Shown: piece after piece, positions 47,884-57,014 of the stretch
How the letters are laid out: every line of letters starts with the position of its first letter
Position numbering within the stretch: the first letter of the stretch is position 1
DNA from: Eubacteriales bacterium
GTDB taxonomy: Bacteria; Bacillota; Clostridia; Lachnospirales; JAVBKL01
Assembly: GCA_031554055.1 (NCBI GenBank)
Contig: JAVBKL010000008.1
Location: 49-64,048 of the forward strand
Direction: 5' to 3'
Length of the DNA: 64,000 bases
Notes under the pieces: generated by a model
The model's database searches: none
Told to the model about the DNA's origin: nothing
The model's input: the letters and a program-made list of their open reading frames with translations, nothing else
Program-made: the position numbers and the translations under genes

Positions 47884-50247
47884 TTAATTAAGATTTGACG
47901 ACACTGACGACGGAACAGGATATTTTAACCCATCGGGAAAAACCCAAGCGTCGGGTGTCTCGCTTCGTTCATTGAGTATTGTCAACAATTTTTGTTCACC
48001 GAGTTCTTGTTCCGTTACATTCACGAGCCCAATCACCGCACCACTTCTTGAAACATTGCCGCCAATATTTGCAGAACTGTCCAAATAATAACTGTATGTG
48101 AGTGACTGTCCACCACTTACAATTTGTGCAATACCACCTGTGCCAAACGTGCCAAAAAAAATTGGGCCATCAACAAGACCTACGTTGACACACTGGGTCA
48201 CTACCCCGCCAAAGTTTGCGGCTGTGATTCCCCCTGTTAAATACGCCCCGATTATTTTACCGGCATTGGTACAGCGAAGTACTGCCGAATCCCCTTCCAT
48301 ATATCCGCAAATTCCACCTACCATATTTTCAAGTGTTCCAATTTGAATATAACCAAATGTGGAGACTTCTGCCGTGTTGTAACAGCCCTCCATATATCCA
48401 CGGTTGATTCCCACCAGTCCGCCAAGCCCCGAATCATATTCAACATTACCGGTAATCGTTCCGCCTAGTACAGAACAGTCCTTTACAAGGCTGTTGTCAA
48501 GTATGCCAACCAATGCCGAAATCCCTGCCATAGCATCCGTTCTTACTTGGACATGTGGGTTTTTTATTGTCACACCCATGATCTGTGCATTTCTGGCACA
48601 TCCAAAAATCCCAAAGCCATATCCATCTGATTTATCTATGACAAGCCCCGAAATGCTGTGACCATTTCCGTCAAATATTCCTGTAAACGGCGTATCAAGT
48701 TTTGTCCCAATCGGCTCAAACGGTGCTGATTTTAAATCAATGTCACTGGTAAGAATGTAGTGTCCACCCAAGTTGTTTCGTATTTGATCAAGTGCCTCTC
48801 GGGAGTTAATTTCAATTGGTTCGGTTTCGGCTTTAACAAATAAATTCACCACAGAAACAGCTGTACCCTTTTCATTTTTTGCTGTGAGTATGAACGAATA
48901 AAACCCTGCGGTTTGCCCTGTATCCGATAGCAGCAGAGAAAACGCATCCGAAGTTTTTTCTACACTCACAAAACTCGGTGCCTTGCCAAGCGTTACACTT
49001 TCTGCATTGGTAACGCCAAGTTCAAACTTCTGGGCCATGCCAAAGTCCATCGTAAACTCATAAAATTCTTCTGTGTTTGGAGCTTCCGCAATATCTAACC
49101 GAATCGGTGATTGACCGCTTTCAATTGCAAGTTCTTCTGCTCGTATACGATTCTTATACGCCGCCGAAAAAGTTCGAAGCCCTGCGTACACAGAAAGCTC
49201 CGCCTTGCCGTCGCTTCTTGGCGTAAACCAGTGATGGCTATCTGCCGATACGGCTGTGTCCTTCATATCCACGCCAGCGAGCACCGCAACAACAGGCACC
49301 TCAAGCGACTGAAAACTTTCTGTCGCATCGGCAGTAATCGGAACTGCCGTCTGCTTTGGTATATCATTTTCATTTTGCTTCATTAAAAAAACAAAAGCCA
49401 CTAAACACACCAGAGCAAAACAAGCTCCATATGCCGCCGGTGCCCATCTCTTGATCCGTCTGGTTGGGTCTAGGCTATCCATAATATGTTCAATTGTTTT
49501 GGGGCGTTTATCAGGCGAGAGCTGAACGCATTTTTCAATAATTTTCCGCATTCGTTGTGGTATACGTTCGTCCTCTATACTTCCAAGATAAGGGTTTCCT
49601 GTAAAAAGATAAATCATTAAAATGCCAACCGAATAAACATCCGAACGCAAGTCGATTTTGGAAAAACCAAATTGCTCAGGTGCGGCATATTCTTGGCTAC
49701 CGATAAACTCCGTGTCAAACTTTTTATCTCTCATAAATACTTTTGAGATACCAAAATCAATTAACGACACGTTCCCATTTTTCATGTTCATAATAATGTT
49801 CTGCGGCTTTAAGTCACGGTAAATAATCGGTGGGTTCTGCTTTTGTAAATACGCAAGGATTGTACAAATTTTTAAAGTAAGTTTGACCGCTTCGGCTTCT
49901 CCGAGTGGTTCTCCATCCTCAATCCAATCCGAAAGCGTCGTTCCCTCTTTGTATTCTCTTAGCAAATAACAAAACCCATTTTCCTCAAAATAATCATACG
50001 CTTTGGGAATCGAATCATAGTTGATTGCTTGTAACATTTCGTATTCACGCTTTGCACTATCAGAACTTGCCTCTGATGTAATCTTTAAGACAAACTTCTT
50101 CTGTGTTTTGTTTTCTAAAACAAGGTACACACTCCTGTCCTCATGACTTGATAGGCTTTTGGAAAATGTATAATCTTTTTGAATCGCCGTTGGCAATGTG
50201 TGTGTTTGAGACTCAAATATATTTTTAAATTCATCCGACAATTTCAT
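47884..50247 (-). CDS. Hanks-type Ser/Thr protein kinase with a single TM and a large GLUG-repeat ectodomain
   Basis: The kinase part has FVLKI, YRDLKPQNIIM, DFGISK and YAAPEQ. The TM is WAPAAYGACFALVCLVAFVFLM. The ectodomain has FTGIFDGNGHSISGL and repeated GGLVG/GGICG/GGITA GLUG-type motifs. Confidence 0.85.
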   Translation of the reverse strand: MKLSDEFKNIFESQTHTLPTAIQKDYTFSKSLSSHEDRSVYLVLENKTQKKFVLKITSEASSDSAKREYEMLQAINYDSIPKAYDYFEENGFCYLLREYKEGTTLSDWIEDGEPLGEAEAVKLTLKICTILAYLQKQNPPIIYRDLKPQNIIMNMKNGNVSLIDFGISKVFMRDKKFDTEFIGSQEYAAPEQFGFSKIDLRSDVYSVGILMIYLFTGNPYLGSIEDERIPQRMRKIIEKCVQLSPDKRPKTIEHIMDSLDPTRRIKRWAPAAYGACFALVCLVAFVFLMKQNENDIPKQTAVPITADATESFQSLEVPVVAVLAGVDMKDTAVSADSHHWFTPRSDGKAELSVYAGLRTFSAAYKNRIRAEELAIESGQSPIRLDIAEAPNTEEFYEFTMDFGMAQKFELGVTNAESVTLGKAPSFVSVEKTSDAFSLLLSDTGQTAGFYSFILTAKNEKGTAVSVVNLFVKAETEPIEINSREALDQIRNNLGGHYILTSDIDLKSAPFEPIGTKLDTPFTGIFDGNGHSISGLVIDKSDGYGFGIFGCARNAQIMGVTIKNPHVQVRTDAMAGISALVGILDNSLVKDCSVLGGTITGNVEYDSGLGGLVGINRGYMEGCYNTAEVSTFGYIQIGTLENMVGGICGYMEGDSAVLRCTNAGKIIGAYLTGGITAANFGGVVTQCVNVGLVDGPIFFGTFGTGGIAQIVSGGQSLTYSYYLDSSANIGGNVSRSGAVIGLVNVTEQELGEQKLLTILNERSETPDAWVFPDGLKYPVPSSVSSNLN

Positions 50248-50257
50248 AAGTCACCGC

Positions 50258-51997
50258 CTATCGATAAGTGTGTTGTACAATATCGCTATCCATAAAACCA
50301 CTTTTGGATGCAAATACTTGCAAGGTTTCTGATTTTTTTAAAGCTATTTTGGCAGAGGCTACGCCTTCACTTTTTTGATAAGGGTCGGTTCCATCTACCG
50401 TATACGAATACAACACACCGTCAATCGGTAACAAACTCACAATATTTGAATCCCCAGAAACTAGAATCGGCGTTGGTGCTTTCTGTTTGAAAATTTTTGT
50501 GGGAACCGGATACCAACTGTCCTGCGAAGCAAATCCCCAACCAGACTTGTCGTCATTTGTATAACCAATCAACGCAAGCTTAGTGCGATCTCTGTAATCT
50601 AGTTTGTCAAAGATTGAAACATTTGTAAAAATTCCGTCATTGTTATCAAAAACACCGCCAGCGTGAATGGCAGACCCTCGCTCATAACAACTTCGGCTTA
50701 CAATCGCCTTGCCCATTGTATTAAGGAGTCCGCCGGGGTGAAACTGCCCGAGAAATGCTTGCCCACGAACTTCGCCTGAGCTATAACATTGCGTCATGAT
50801 TCCGCCATTCAATAATCCTGTGATTCCACCAATTAAATACTTGCCGCTTATTTTGCCTGTGTTTCCACAATTCAAATAAAGTCCGTTGCTTAGCCCTGTC
50901 ATACTGCCGTTGTTGGCGTATGATCTTTCGCAATCAAAATCAACAGATGAAAAACAATTGATGGTTGCGTTATCCGATCCTCCGCCTGTCATCACTCCCA
51001 CCGCTCCGATATTGCCGTGATACGTAATGATTCCGCCAAATACCCCAATGTTTTCAAACAAGGAAGCACTACTAGCGGTGGCAACAACGCCTGCACTAAC
51101 ATCATCTGAGCTTTTGATTTGTGGCTCTCGTATCACCAAGTTTTTTATAACAGAATTGCTTGTCCAACCAAACAAAGATACCTCGCCCTCTTGGTCAAAG
51201 TTTATTCCTGTTAAGCTATGCCCGCCACCGTCAAACACACCTGTAAACGGAAAATCCTGTGTACCTATGGAAATCCATTCATGGGTTTCGGTAAAATCCA
51301 AATCCGATGCCAGTACGTAGTTTCCACCTAAATCTTTTTTAATATTACGAAAATCGTCCACGCTTTTAATAAGCTTAACCGCCTTGTCCGGCTGAACAAC
51401 CAACGTAACAATGCTTCTTGCTGTGGCGTTCTCATTTTTGGATTCAAGATAAAACAGATAAAACCCCACGCCACTTTGTTTTGTGTTTATGTCAAGAACA
51501 AAGTCCTCGCCGCTTCTTTTTAGTGTCACACCATTTGGATTATTTTCCATCACAACCTCGCTTGCATTTTTTATGCCAAGCGAATAGCTCATTTGCTCGC
51601 CCTTTTTTATTTCATACCGAAAAACCTCTGCCACAATGGGGGCGGCATCAAAATCAAAATTAATTTCTGTTTCCTTGGCGTCTACAGACAAATCCACATT
51701 CACTTGTTGATTGCCCCTTGCCGCTTGCGCGTGATAGTTGCCATTTTTTAATTCCAGTGAAACTTTGCCCGATTCCGAGCTGTACCAACGATACCAGTCT
51801 GGCGTAAACGACCAATCCGCCAAGAGATTTTTTCCGCCAAGCGTTGCCTTTGCTGTGGCTTTAAACGTTTCTGCCACCACTGGGCTTATCCCATGGGCCG
51901 ACACCACCGCTTGCGGTTTGAGCATATACCAAACCACTGCCATTAAAATAACAAATACAAAAGATTTTGCCGCAAGTAGAAAAGCTTTTTTCGACAT
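50258..51997 (-). CDS. signal-anchored GLUG-repeat protein, paralogous to the kinase ectodomain, with a chitobiase/hexosaminidase-C-like tail
   Basis: FTGVFDGGGHSLTGI and GLUG-type repeats. It is collinear with the kinase ectodomain (GFYLFYLESKNENATARSIVTLVV versus GFYSFILTAKNEKGTAVSVVNLFV). The tail is YSYTVDGTDP...LQVFASKSGFMDSDIV. Confidence 0.75.
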   Translation of the reverse strand: MSKKAFLLAAKSFVFVILMAVVWYMLKPQAVVSAHGISPVVAETFKATAKATLGGKNLLADWSFTPDWYRWYSSESGKVSLELKNGNYHAQAARGNQQVNVDLSVDAKETEINFDFDAAPIVAEVFRYEIKKGEQMSYSLGIKNASEVVMENNPNGVTLKRSGEDFVLDINTKQSGVGFYLFYLESKNENATARSIVTLVVQPDKAVKLIKSVDDFRNIKKDLGGNYVLASDLDFTETHEWISIGTQDFPFTGVFDGGGHSLTGINFDQEGEVSLFGWTSNSVIKNLVIREPQIKSSDDVSAGVVATASSASLFENIGVFGGIITYHGNIGAVGVMTGGGSDNATINCFSSVDFDCERSYANNGSMTGLSNGLYLNCGNTGKISGKYLIGGITGLLNGGIMTQCYSSGEVRGQAFLGQFHPGGLLNTMGKAIVSRSCYERGSAIHAGGVFDNNDGIFTNVSIFDKLDYRDRTKLALIGYTNDDKSGWGFASQDSWYPVPTKIFKQKAPTPILVSGDSNIVSLLPIDGVLYSYTVDGTDPYQKSEGVASAKIALKKSETLQVFASKSGFMDSDIVQHTYR

Positions 51998-52074
51998 TTT
52001 ATTTTAGCCCCTTTAGTAAAAATTAGAACTTGCCGATGTTACATTTATTCAATTGTGATGAAGGTGGTGTACAT

Positions 52075-52545
52075 ATGTTTACAACAACAGGGTCAACCGG
52101 AAATCTTTTTGTTAAGCTAAGATCATCAAAAAATTTTAAGACCTTTATTTTGCGTGAGAAAAATAAATTTATAACCGAACCTTTTTATTTATGCCTTAAA
52201 CCTATTCTTGAAGAGAAAAAAATCAAGAAAACTCAGCTCTTCGACCAAAGTGGGATCGAGCATGCCTTTGGATTTCAATTGTTGCGTGGCACCAGAAAAC
52301 CCGGGCGAGATACCGTAGTTCAACTTGCCATTGGACTTGCATTAACCGTTGAGGAAACACAAAAACTCTTGGCACTTGCCGGTCATGCAAGGCTGTACCC
52401 ACGGTTTGAACGTGACGCTGCCATTATTTTTTCAATAGAACGCAATTTAAGTTTTGTGGATCTACAACTTTTGCTTGAGGAAGTCGGCGTACCCGCCTTG
52501 GGTGACGGCAAGAAAAAACAAAAAAAGCAACCAAATGTCAATTAA
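52075..52545 (+). CDS. small XRE-like helix-turn-helix protein
   Basis: KKTQLFDQSGIEHAFGFQLLRGTRKPGRDTVVQLAIGLALTVEETQKLL. A GAAGGTGG SD lies before ATG 52075; the track start is 52030. Confidence 0.6.
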   Translation: MFTTTGSTGNLFVKLRSSKNFKTFILREKNKFITEPFYLCLKPILEEKKIKKTQLFDQSGIEHAFGFQLLRGTRKPGRDTVVQLAIGLALTVEETQKLLALAGHARLYPRFERDAAIIFSIERNLSFVDLQLLLEEVGVPALGDGKKKQKKQPNVN

Positions 52546-52616
52546 ACAGATAATAGTAGAAAATTAATCTCTAGTCAATTACATTTTTGTGAATTATATA
52601 ATAATTTTTTTAAATA

Positions 52617-52650
52617 GTGAGCCGTGTGCTCACCTTTTTTTTGTTTTTTT
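52617..52650 (+). terminator. rho-independent terminator after the HTH gene
   Basis: GTGAGC-CGTGT-GCTCAC followed by CTTTTTTTTGTTTTTTTT. Confidence 0.6.
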
Positions 52651-52704
52651 TCAGTATTATAGATTTAGCTTTGTATAAAAAAAATATTCTAAGGGGGAAT
52701 GATT

Positions 52705-55700
52705 ATGTTCAAAATGAAAAAAATCACAGCATTTGTTCTAGCGGTTTGTATGTTGGCAACAGTTTCGCTCTTTCCGCAAATGGTAAGTGGCGAGGAAGAG
52801 CCACTCACTGAAGATCCTATCGAAATGTGGAAGGATGGTGGTGATTCTGCTCCTTATCTAAACCTTGCAGAAGCACTTGGGGCAATGAATGACCCAAGTG
52901 GCGGTTATTCGGTTAAATTTGTTTCTGACTATCCAGTTGAGGTTGGCATTGCCTTGCCGAATGTTGAATGGATTCGATTTGAAGTACCAGAGAACGTCAA
53001 TCTCGACTTATCCAATCCGCTTGGTGCCCCGCAAAAAAATGCTGGCTTTGAGATTAGAGGTGGTACAATAACAGAAAGTGGTGGCTCAAATTTTATAATA
53101 CCTGACGGTGGTATTGCTCTCTCGACTCCCCATTATGCTTGGTTTGATTGGAACGGCGACAAGTGGGAACAATCATTGGTTCATGCAAACTACCGCTCAA
53201 ACGAGAATACGCTAGAATTGCAGTTTTATAAATCTTTTAATTTAACCACGGAAGAAGCACTTGCTGTATTTAATCCAAGTGAGAATATCAAAGATATCGA
53301 ATTCATGAGCGACAATTACGTCATGAAACTAACATTTGAATCTACACCCGATGAAGGCGATACTTTGGTCTATGGGGACTATAAATTTAAGTTTTACTCT
53401 GATTGGTGCGAGTTTATTGATCCTAACAAAAAAGTAGAAATGTGGCGTGACGAAGACAACTCAATCCACAGTTTTTACCCCACGCTTGAAGCAGCCGTTG
53501 AGGCAGTAAAGGCTGACATAGATGATAATCCAAATGACAATAGCTATTCCATTGAATTGAGACAAGACACTACCTTGTCAGATAATATTTCATTGCCAGA
53601 CAACAACCACACACGAATTTGCATCGACAATGATCTAACGTTCGATTTTGACAACTTCACAATAAGCGGTGGTGAAGCTGGTGCAAGATTTGAAATACGA
53701 AATGCTACTGTTAAGAATTTTCCCGATAATTTTAAATTTGCAAAAGAAACTAGCTCTCGAAGCAACATCAATCTCGATTGGGACACGTTAGACGATGTAT
53801 GGAAACAACAGCTCCTTGGCGTTGAAACAAATGAAGATGACGATACATACTTAAAAATCAGCCTTGTTGAACAACTTAATTCAATAGGTGATGATGTAGA
53901 CGTAATCAGTAGCTTTAGCCCAAATGACAATATTGAATCTGCATTAACTACTGATGGCGGAACTGCGGTAGCAATTAAATTCAAAGACCAACCTTATAAT
54001 GATTTCAGGTTGAGATTTAATTATGAATCAGGCAATTACAAATATTATACACGTCCGATTTTTATGGAGTACCACTCCGTTCACAACAGTTGGAGCGTAC
54101 CGTCTCCAGACAATGTCATTGAAATGAGAATTAATTTTGAAGGCTCTGAACAAACAAAATATTTTAAAACATTTGAAGAAGCCATTACAGCAGCAGCAAG
54201 CTATGATGGTGATGTAGGTATTACAGTAAAGAATGATTACCAATTACAAGAAGATATTCTCACACCTGCTAGAGCTATCAATATTGATATAAACGACGGT
54301 GTAATTTTTGACTTTAACGGCAAAAAAATAACGTCTGGTGATTCGGGTTGTGGAATCGTCGTACGCAATGCAACCGTGATAAACGCTAGTGCGATGCCTT
54401 TTGTGAATGCAAAGCCAGACACCCATTCAACCTTTGGCTATAAACATTCCGAATATCAATGGGATCACTTCAACAATAAGTTTGTGCAACATCTGGTTAT
54501 TCCTTGGTTAGATGAGGTAAGTAAGCATCTACTCATCTCTCTTTGTGAAGAACTTAAAGGTGCTGACAGCAATCCATTAAGTTCTGGAGCAGATATTAAA
54601 AGCTCTTTTACAAAAGTGAAAGGTGACCTTACAATTAACTCCGCCACATATATGAAGAGCGGCAACGGATTGCCTTATGTTGATATTGACTTTGGTAACA
54701 CTCCATATTCAAATGGCAGCGTTATCAAATTTGAGTACACCAATGTCTCATACACCTACAATCCAACGCCAGAGTATGTGATTGGTTTTACTTTTAATGA
54801 AAAAGACAAACGTTGGGATATGGCAACACAAGGCGAAATACTGAACAAACCTGTTATCCTTTACCCAGACGGAAGAGATATTTTGGAGCGAGGCACTTGG
54901 TTTGACACGTTAGAAGAAGCACTGGTGTCTTATGCAGAACTAACGCCTGACCCTGATATTTACGATGAGTATGGCGGCCCAAGCCTCCATGTTTATGGCG
55001 AGATAACCTTAACAAAAGATGCTGACTTGTCTGGCTTGTACGTTTCTTTAAGAAGTGGTTCCAAAATCAATTTAGGTAACTACAAATTTTTTGTTGTGCC
55101 AGACGCAGGTGGATTTATAGACACAGAAGATAATGTGACCATAACAACAACAAACGATGGCGCAAACTTAAACTTTTCAAATGCCTTTGACAAAGGTAAG
55201 TTTCCAATCGACTGTGCTATTTATGAATGGAGCCAACGCAACGGAGGAATTTGGCTTCAAGCGCCTTTCCAACCTTTCGTTAATCACTTCGACGACGATG
55301 GCATTGGTACGTTTAACATCAATTGTGCATTTGTTTTACAAGACGACGATGGCAAGCAATACTCAACTGGTGGTGCTCTGACTCCTATTGAGTCACAATT
55401 TAAGAGCAGCATTAACACAGATATTATAGATACAGCAAATTTCAATATGCACGGCTATGTTCCTAACATCATAATCAAATTTAAAGAAAAACCGCAAGAC
55501 GGCGAAATACTTACGTTTACAAATAAAGCTCTTGGCGAACAACGTGCTTCTTTTAAATTCAGCACAGTGGCCACCTTTGACGAGGGCTGGTGGAAACCAG
55601 TTGTGGGTGCAATTGATATGGACTTGGACAACTGGACAGATTATGCATGGGCAAAAGACGCTGTACAACAACTTTCGGCTGTGGGCATTGTTAAAAGCGG

Positions 55701-56982
55701 AGACGGAAAATTCAAACCAGGCGATACACATCAAAGAAACATGATGGGCAAATGGCTGCGTGATGCTGAATTTGTAAAAGACCAAGCGGCGGCACAGCAA
55801 AAATATTTTAATACCAGTGAAAACGATACCTCACCTGTAACCCGTGGAGATATGGCTTTTATTTTGGCTGACCTCATGAATTTAAAATGGGATTCTACCA
55901 CCGACACAATCATCGAATTTAGCGACTATGGTGCTTTGGACGCTGACCACCAACAAGCGATAACCATGTGTGTAAACGCTGGGTTAATGCCTGGCTATGG
56001 CAACGGTGCGTTTGGCTGTGCCGTGCCAGTCAAAAATGCAGAGGTTGCCGTTTTGTTAAAACGTGCCGTTGATGCAAACGGCGGCATGGGTTGCAAGCAA
56101 TTTGCAAAAATGAAGCCAGGCGACTGGTATTTTACTTCCTTGCTTGCCTGCCATATGGGTGGTGCATTTAAGTATAACGAATCAGGTGAATATAAAAAAA
56201 TAATCGAAAGCAGAGATACCGATCCAATGGATGTTATGTCTGAAGCAACTTATAACAAAATCATTGGTAAAGACAGAATGGTTACAACACCAGAAGCTGA
56301 GGACATCCATCAAGCTCCTATTACATTTAGAGTGTATAACGATGATGCAACCTTCAAGAATTATGACCAACTTACTGACAAGACCATTGCTGGTATCGCG
56401 GTTGAGCTTGCACCAAAGCTTTTAGGCGGCCGTGTAGCAGGACAACTGTATCGTGACGTTACAAAGGATGACTGGTTCTACGACGGCGTAACTTATGTTG
56501 CAGTTAATGAAATTGATTTTGGGCCACTGAGGTACCAGTACCAAGATTATCAACCTAACAGCAAACCAACCGTTGTTGGCTTCAATGATATTTTTAAAGA
56601 GAGCTTGGGTAATTATGTTACAGACGGCACTTTGCCAGACGAATCAGACCCTACTCGCTCTGTTACCCGTGAGGAACTTGCATTTGTCGTGGCAAACTTC
56701 TTTGATGACTTTAAAGACAGTATGAATCTTTCGATACTTGATAAGTTCAACGATAAAAATGACATTGGCAAACAATCACCTAGCAAAGCACAGGGTTATA
56801 AAGCAGCGATGGCATACCTCGTTTCTGCTGGAATCTTAAACGGAACCGCCGATGGCAAATTAAATCCACAAGGCGAAGTAACAAGAGCCGAGGTGGCTGT
56901 GTGCATCGCACGTGCATTAATCGGAATCGACGAAACCAAAATGTTTGATTACGGCGTAGCAGTTAAAAAATTGTCGGAGTAA
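52705..56982 (+). CDS. very large secreted cell-surface protein: four novel tandem modules plus a C-terminal SLH-type anchoring region
   Basis: Signal peptide MFKMKKITAFVLAVCMLATVSLF. The SLH-like segments are WAKDAVQQLSAVGIVKSGDGKFKPGD and YKAAMAYLVSAGILNGTADGKLNPQGEVTRAEVAV. An AAGGGGG SD lies about 8 nt before ATG 52705. Confidence 0.8.
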   Translation: MFKMKKITAFVLAVCMLATVSLFPQMVSGEEEPLTEDPIEMWKDGGDSAPYLNLAEALGAMNDPSGGYSVKFVSDYPVEVGIALPNVEWIRFEVPENVNLDLSNPLGAPQKNAGFEIRGGTITESGGSNFIIPDGGIALSTPHYAWFDWNGDKWEQSLVHANYRSNENTLELQFYKSFNLTTEEALAVFNPSENIKDIEFMSDNYVMKLTFESTPDEGDTLVYGDYKFKFYSDWCEFIDPNKKVEMWRDEDNSIHSFYPTLEAAVEAVKADIDDNPNDNSYSIELRQDTTLSDNISLPDNNHTRICIDNDLTFDFDNFTISGGEAGARFEIRNATVKNFPDNFKFAKETSSRSNINLDWDTLDDVWKQQLLGVETNEDDDTYLKISLVEQLNSIGDDVDVISSFSPNDNIESALTTDGGTAVAIKFKDQPYNDFRLRFNYESGNYKYYTRPIFMEYHSVHNSWSVPSPDNVIEMRINFEGSEQTKYFKTFEEAITAAASYDGDVGITVKNDYQLQEDILTPARAINIDINDGVIFDFNGKKITSGDSGCGIVVRNATVINASAMPFVNAKPDTHSTFGYKHSEYQWDHFNNKFVQHLVIPWLDEVSKHLLISLCEELKGADSNPLSSGADIKSSFTKVKGDLTINSATYMKSGNGLPYVDIDFGNTPYSNGSVIKFEYTNVSYTYNPTPEYVIGFTFNEKDKRWDMATQGEILNKPVILYPDGRDILERGTWFDTLEEALVSYAELTPDPDIYDEYGGPSLHVYGEITLTKDADLSGLYVSLRSGSKINLGNYKFFVVPDAGGFIDTEDNVTITTTNDGANLNFSNAFDKGKFPIDCAIYEWSQRNGGIWLQAPFQPFVNHFDDDGIGTFNINCAFVLQDDDGKQYSTGGALTPIESQFKSSINTDIIDTANFNMHGYVPNIIIKFKEKPQDGEILTFTNKALGEQRASFKFSTVATFDEGWWKPVVGAIDMDLDNWTDYAWAKDAVQQLSAVGIVKSGDGKFKPGDTHQRNMMGKWLRDAEFVKDQAAAQQKYFNTSENDTSPVTRGDMAFILADLMNLKWDSTTDTIIEFSDYGALDADHQQAITMCVNAGLMPGYGNGAFGCAVPVKNAEVAVLLKRAVDANGGMGCKQFAKMKPGDWYFTSLLACHMGGAFKYNESGEYKKIIESRDTDPMDVMSEATYNKIIGKDRMVTTPEAEDIHQAPITFRVYNDDATFKNYDQLTDKTIAGIAVELAPKLLGGRVAGQLYRDVTKDDWFYDGVTYVAVNEIDFGPLRYQYQDYQPNSKPTVVGFNDIFKESLGNYVTDGTLPDESDPTRSVTREELAFVVANFFDDFKDSMNLSILDKFNDKNDIGKQSPSKAQGYKAAMAYLVSAGILNGTADGKLNPQGEVTRAEVAVCIARALIGIDETKMFDYGVAVKKLSE
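52819..55610 (+). repeat. four divergent tandem protein modules of about 205-253 aa
   Basis: Module starts are near 52819, 53434, 54115 and 54853. The first three open with (I/V)EM(W/R) and the fourth with VILYPDG. All then carry (F/Y/L)xxLEEA-type, FEIRxxT(V/I)/IVVRNATV, W-x-W-x-Q and (K/E)F(K/E)(F/Y)-type motifs in the same order. Confidence 0.6.
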
Positions 56983-57014
56983 CTCCATGATACGAACAAG
57001 AAGGAGAGTGTAAC

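Noticed and set aside
49700-49830. YRD instead of HRD in the kinase catalytic loop, considered as evidence for a pseudokinase.
   Set aside because: The catalytic Asp, the Lys of VLK, DFG and APE are all present. Substitution of H by Y in this motif does not by itself indicate inactivity.
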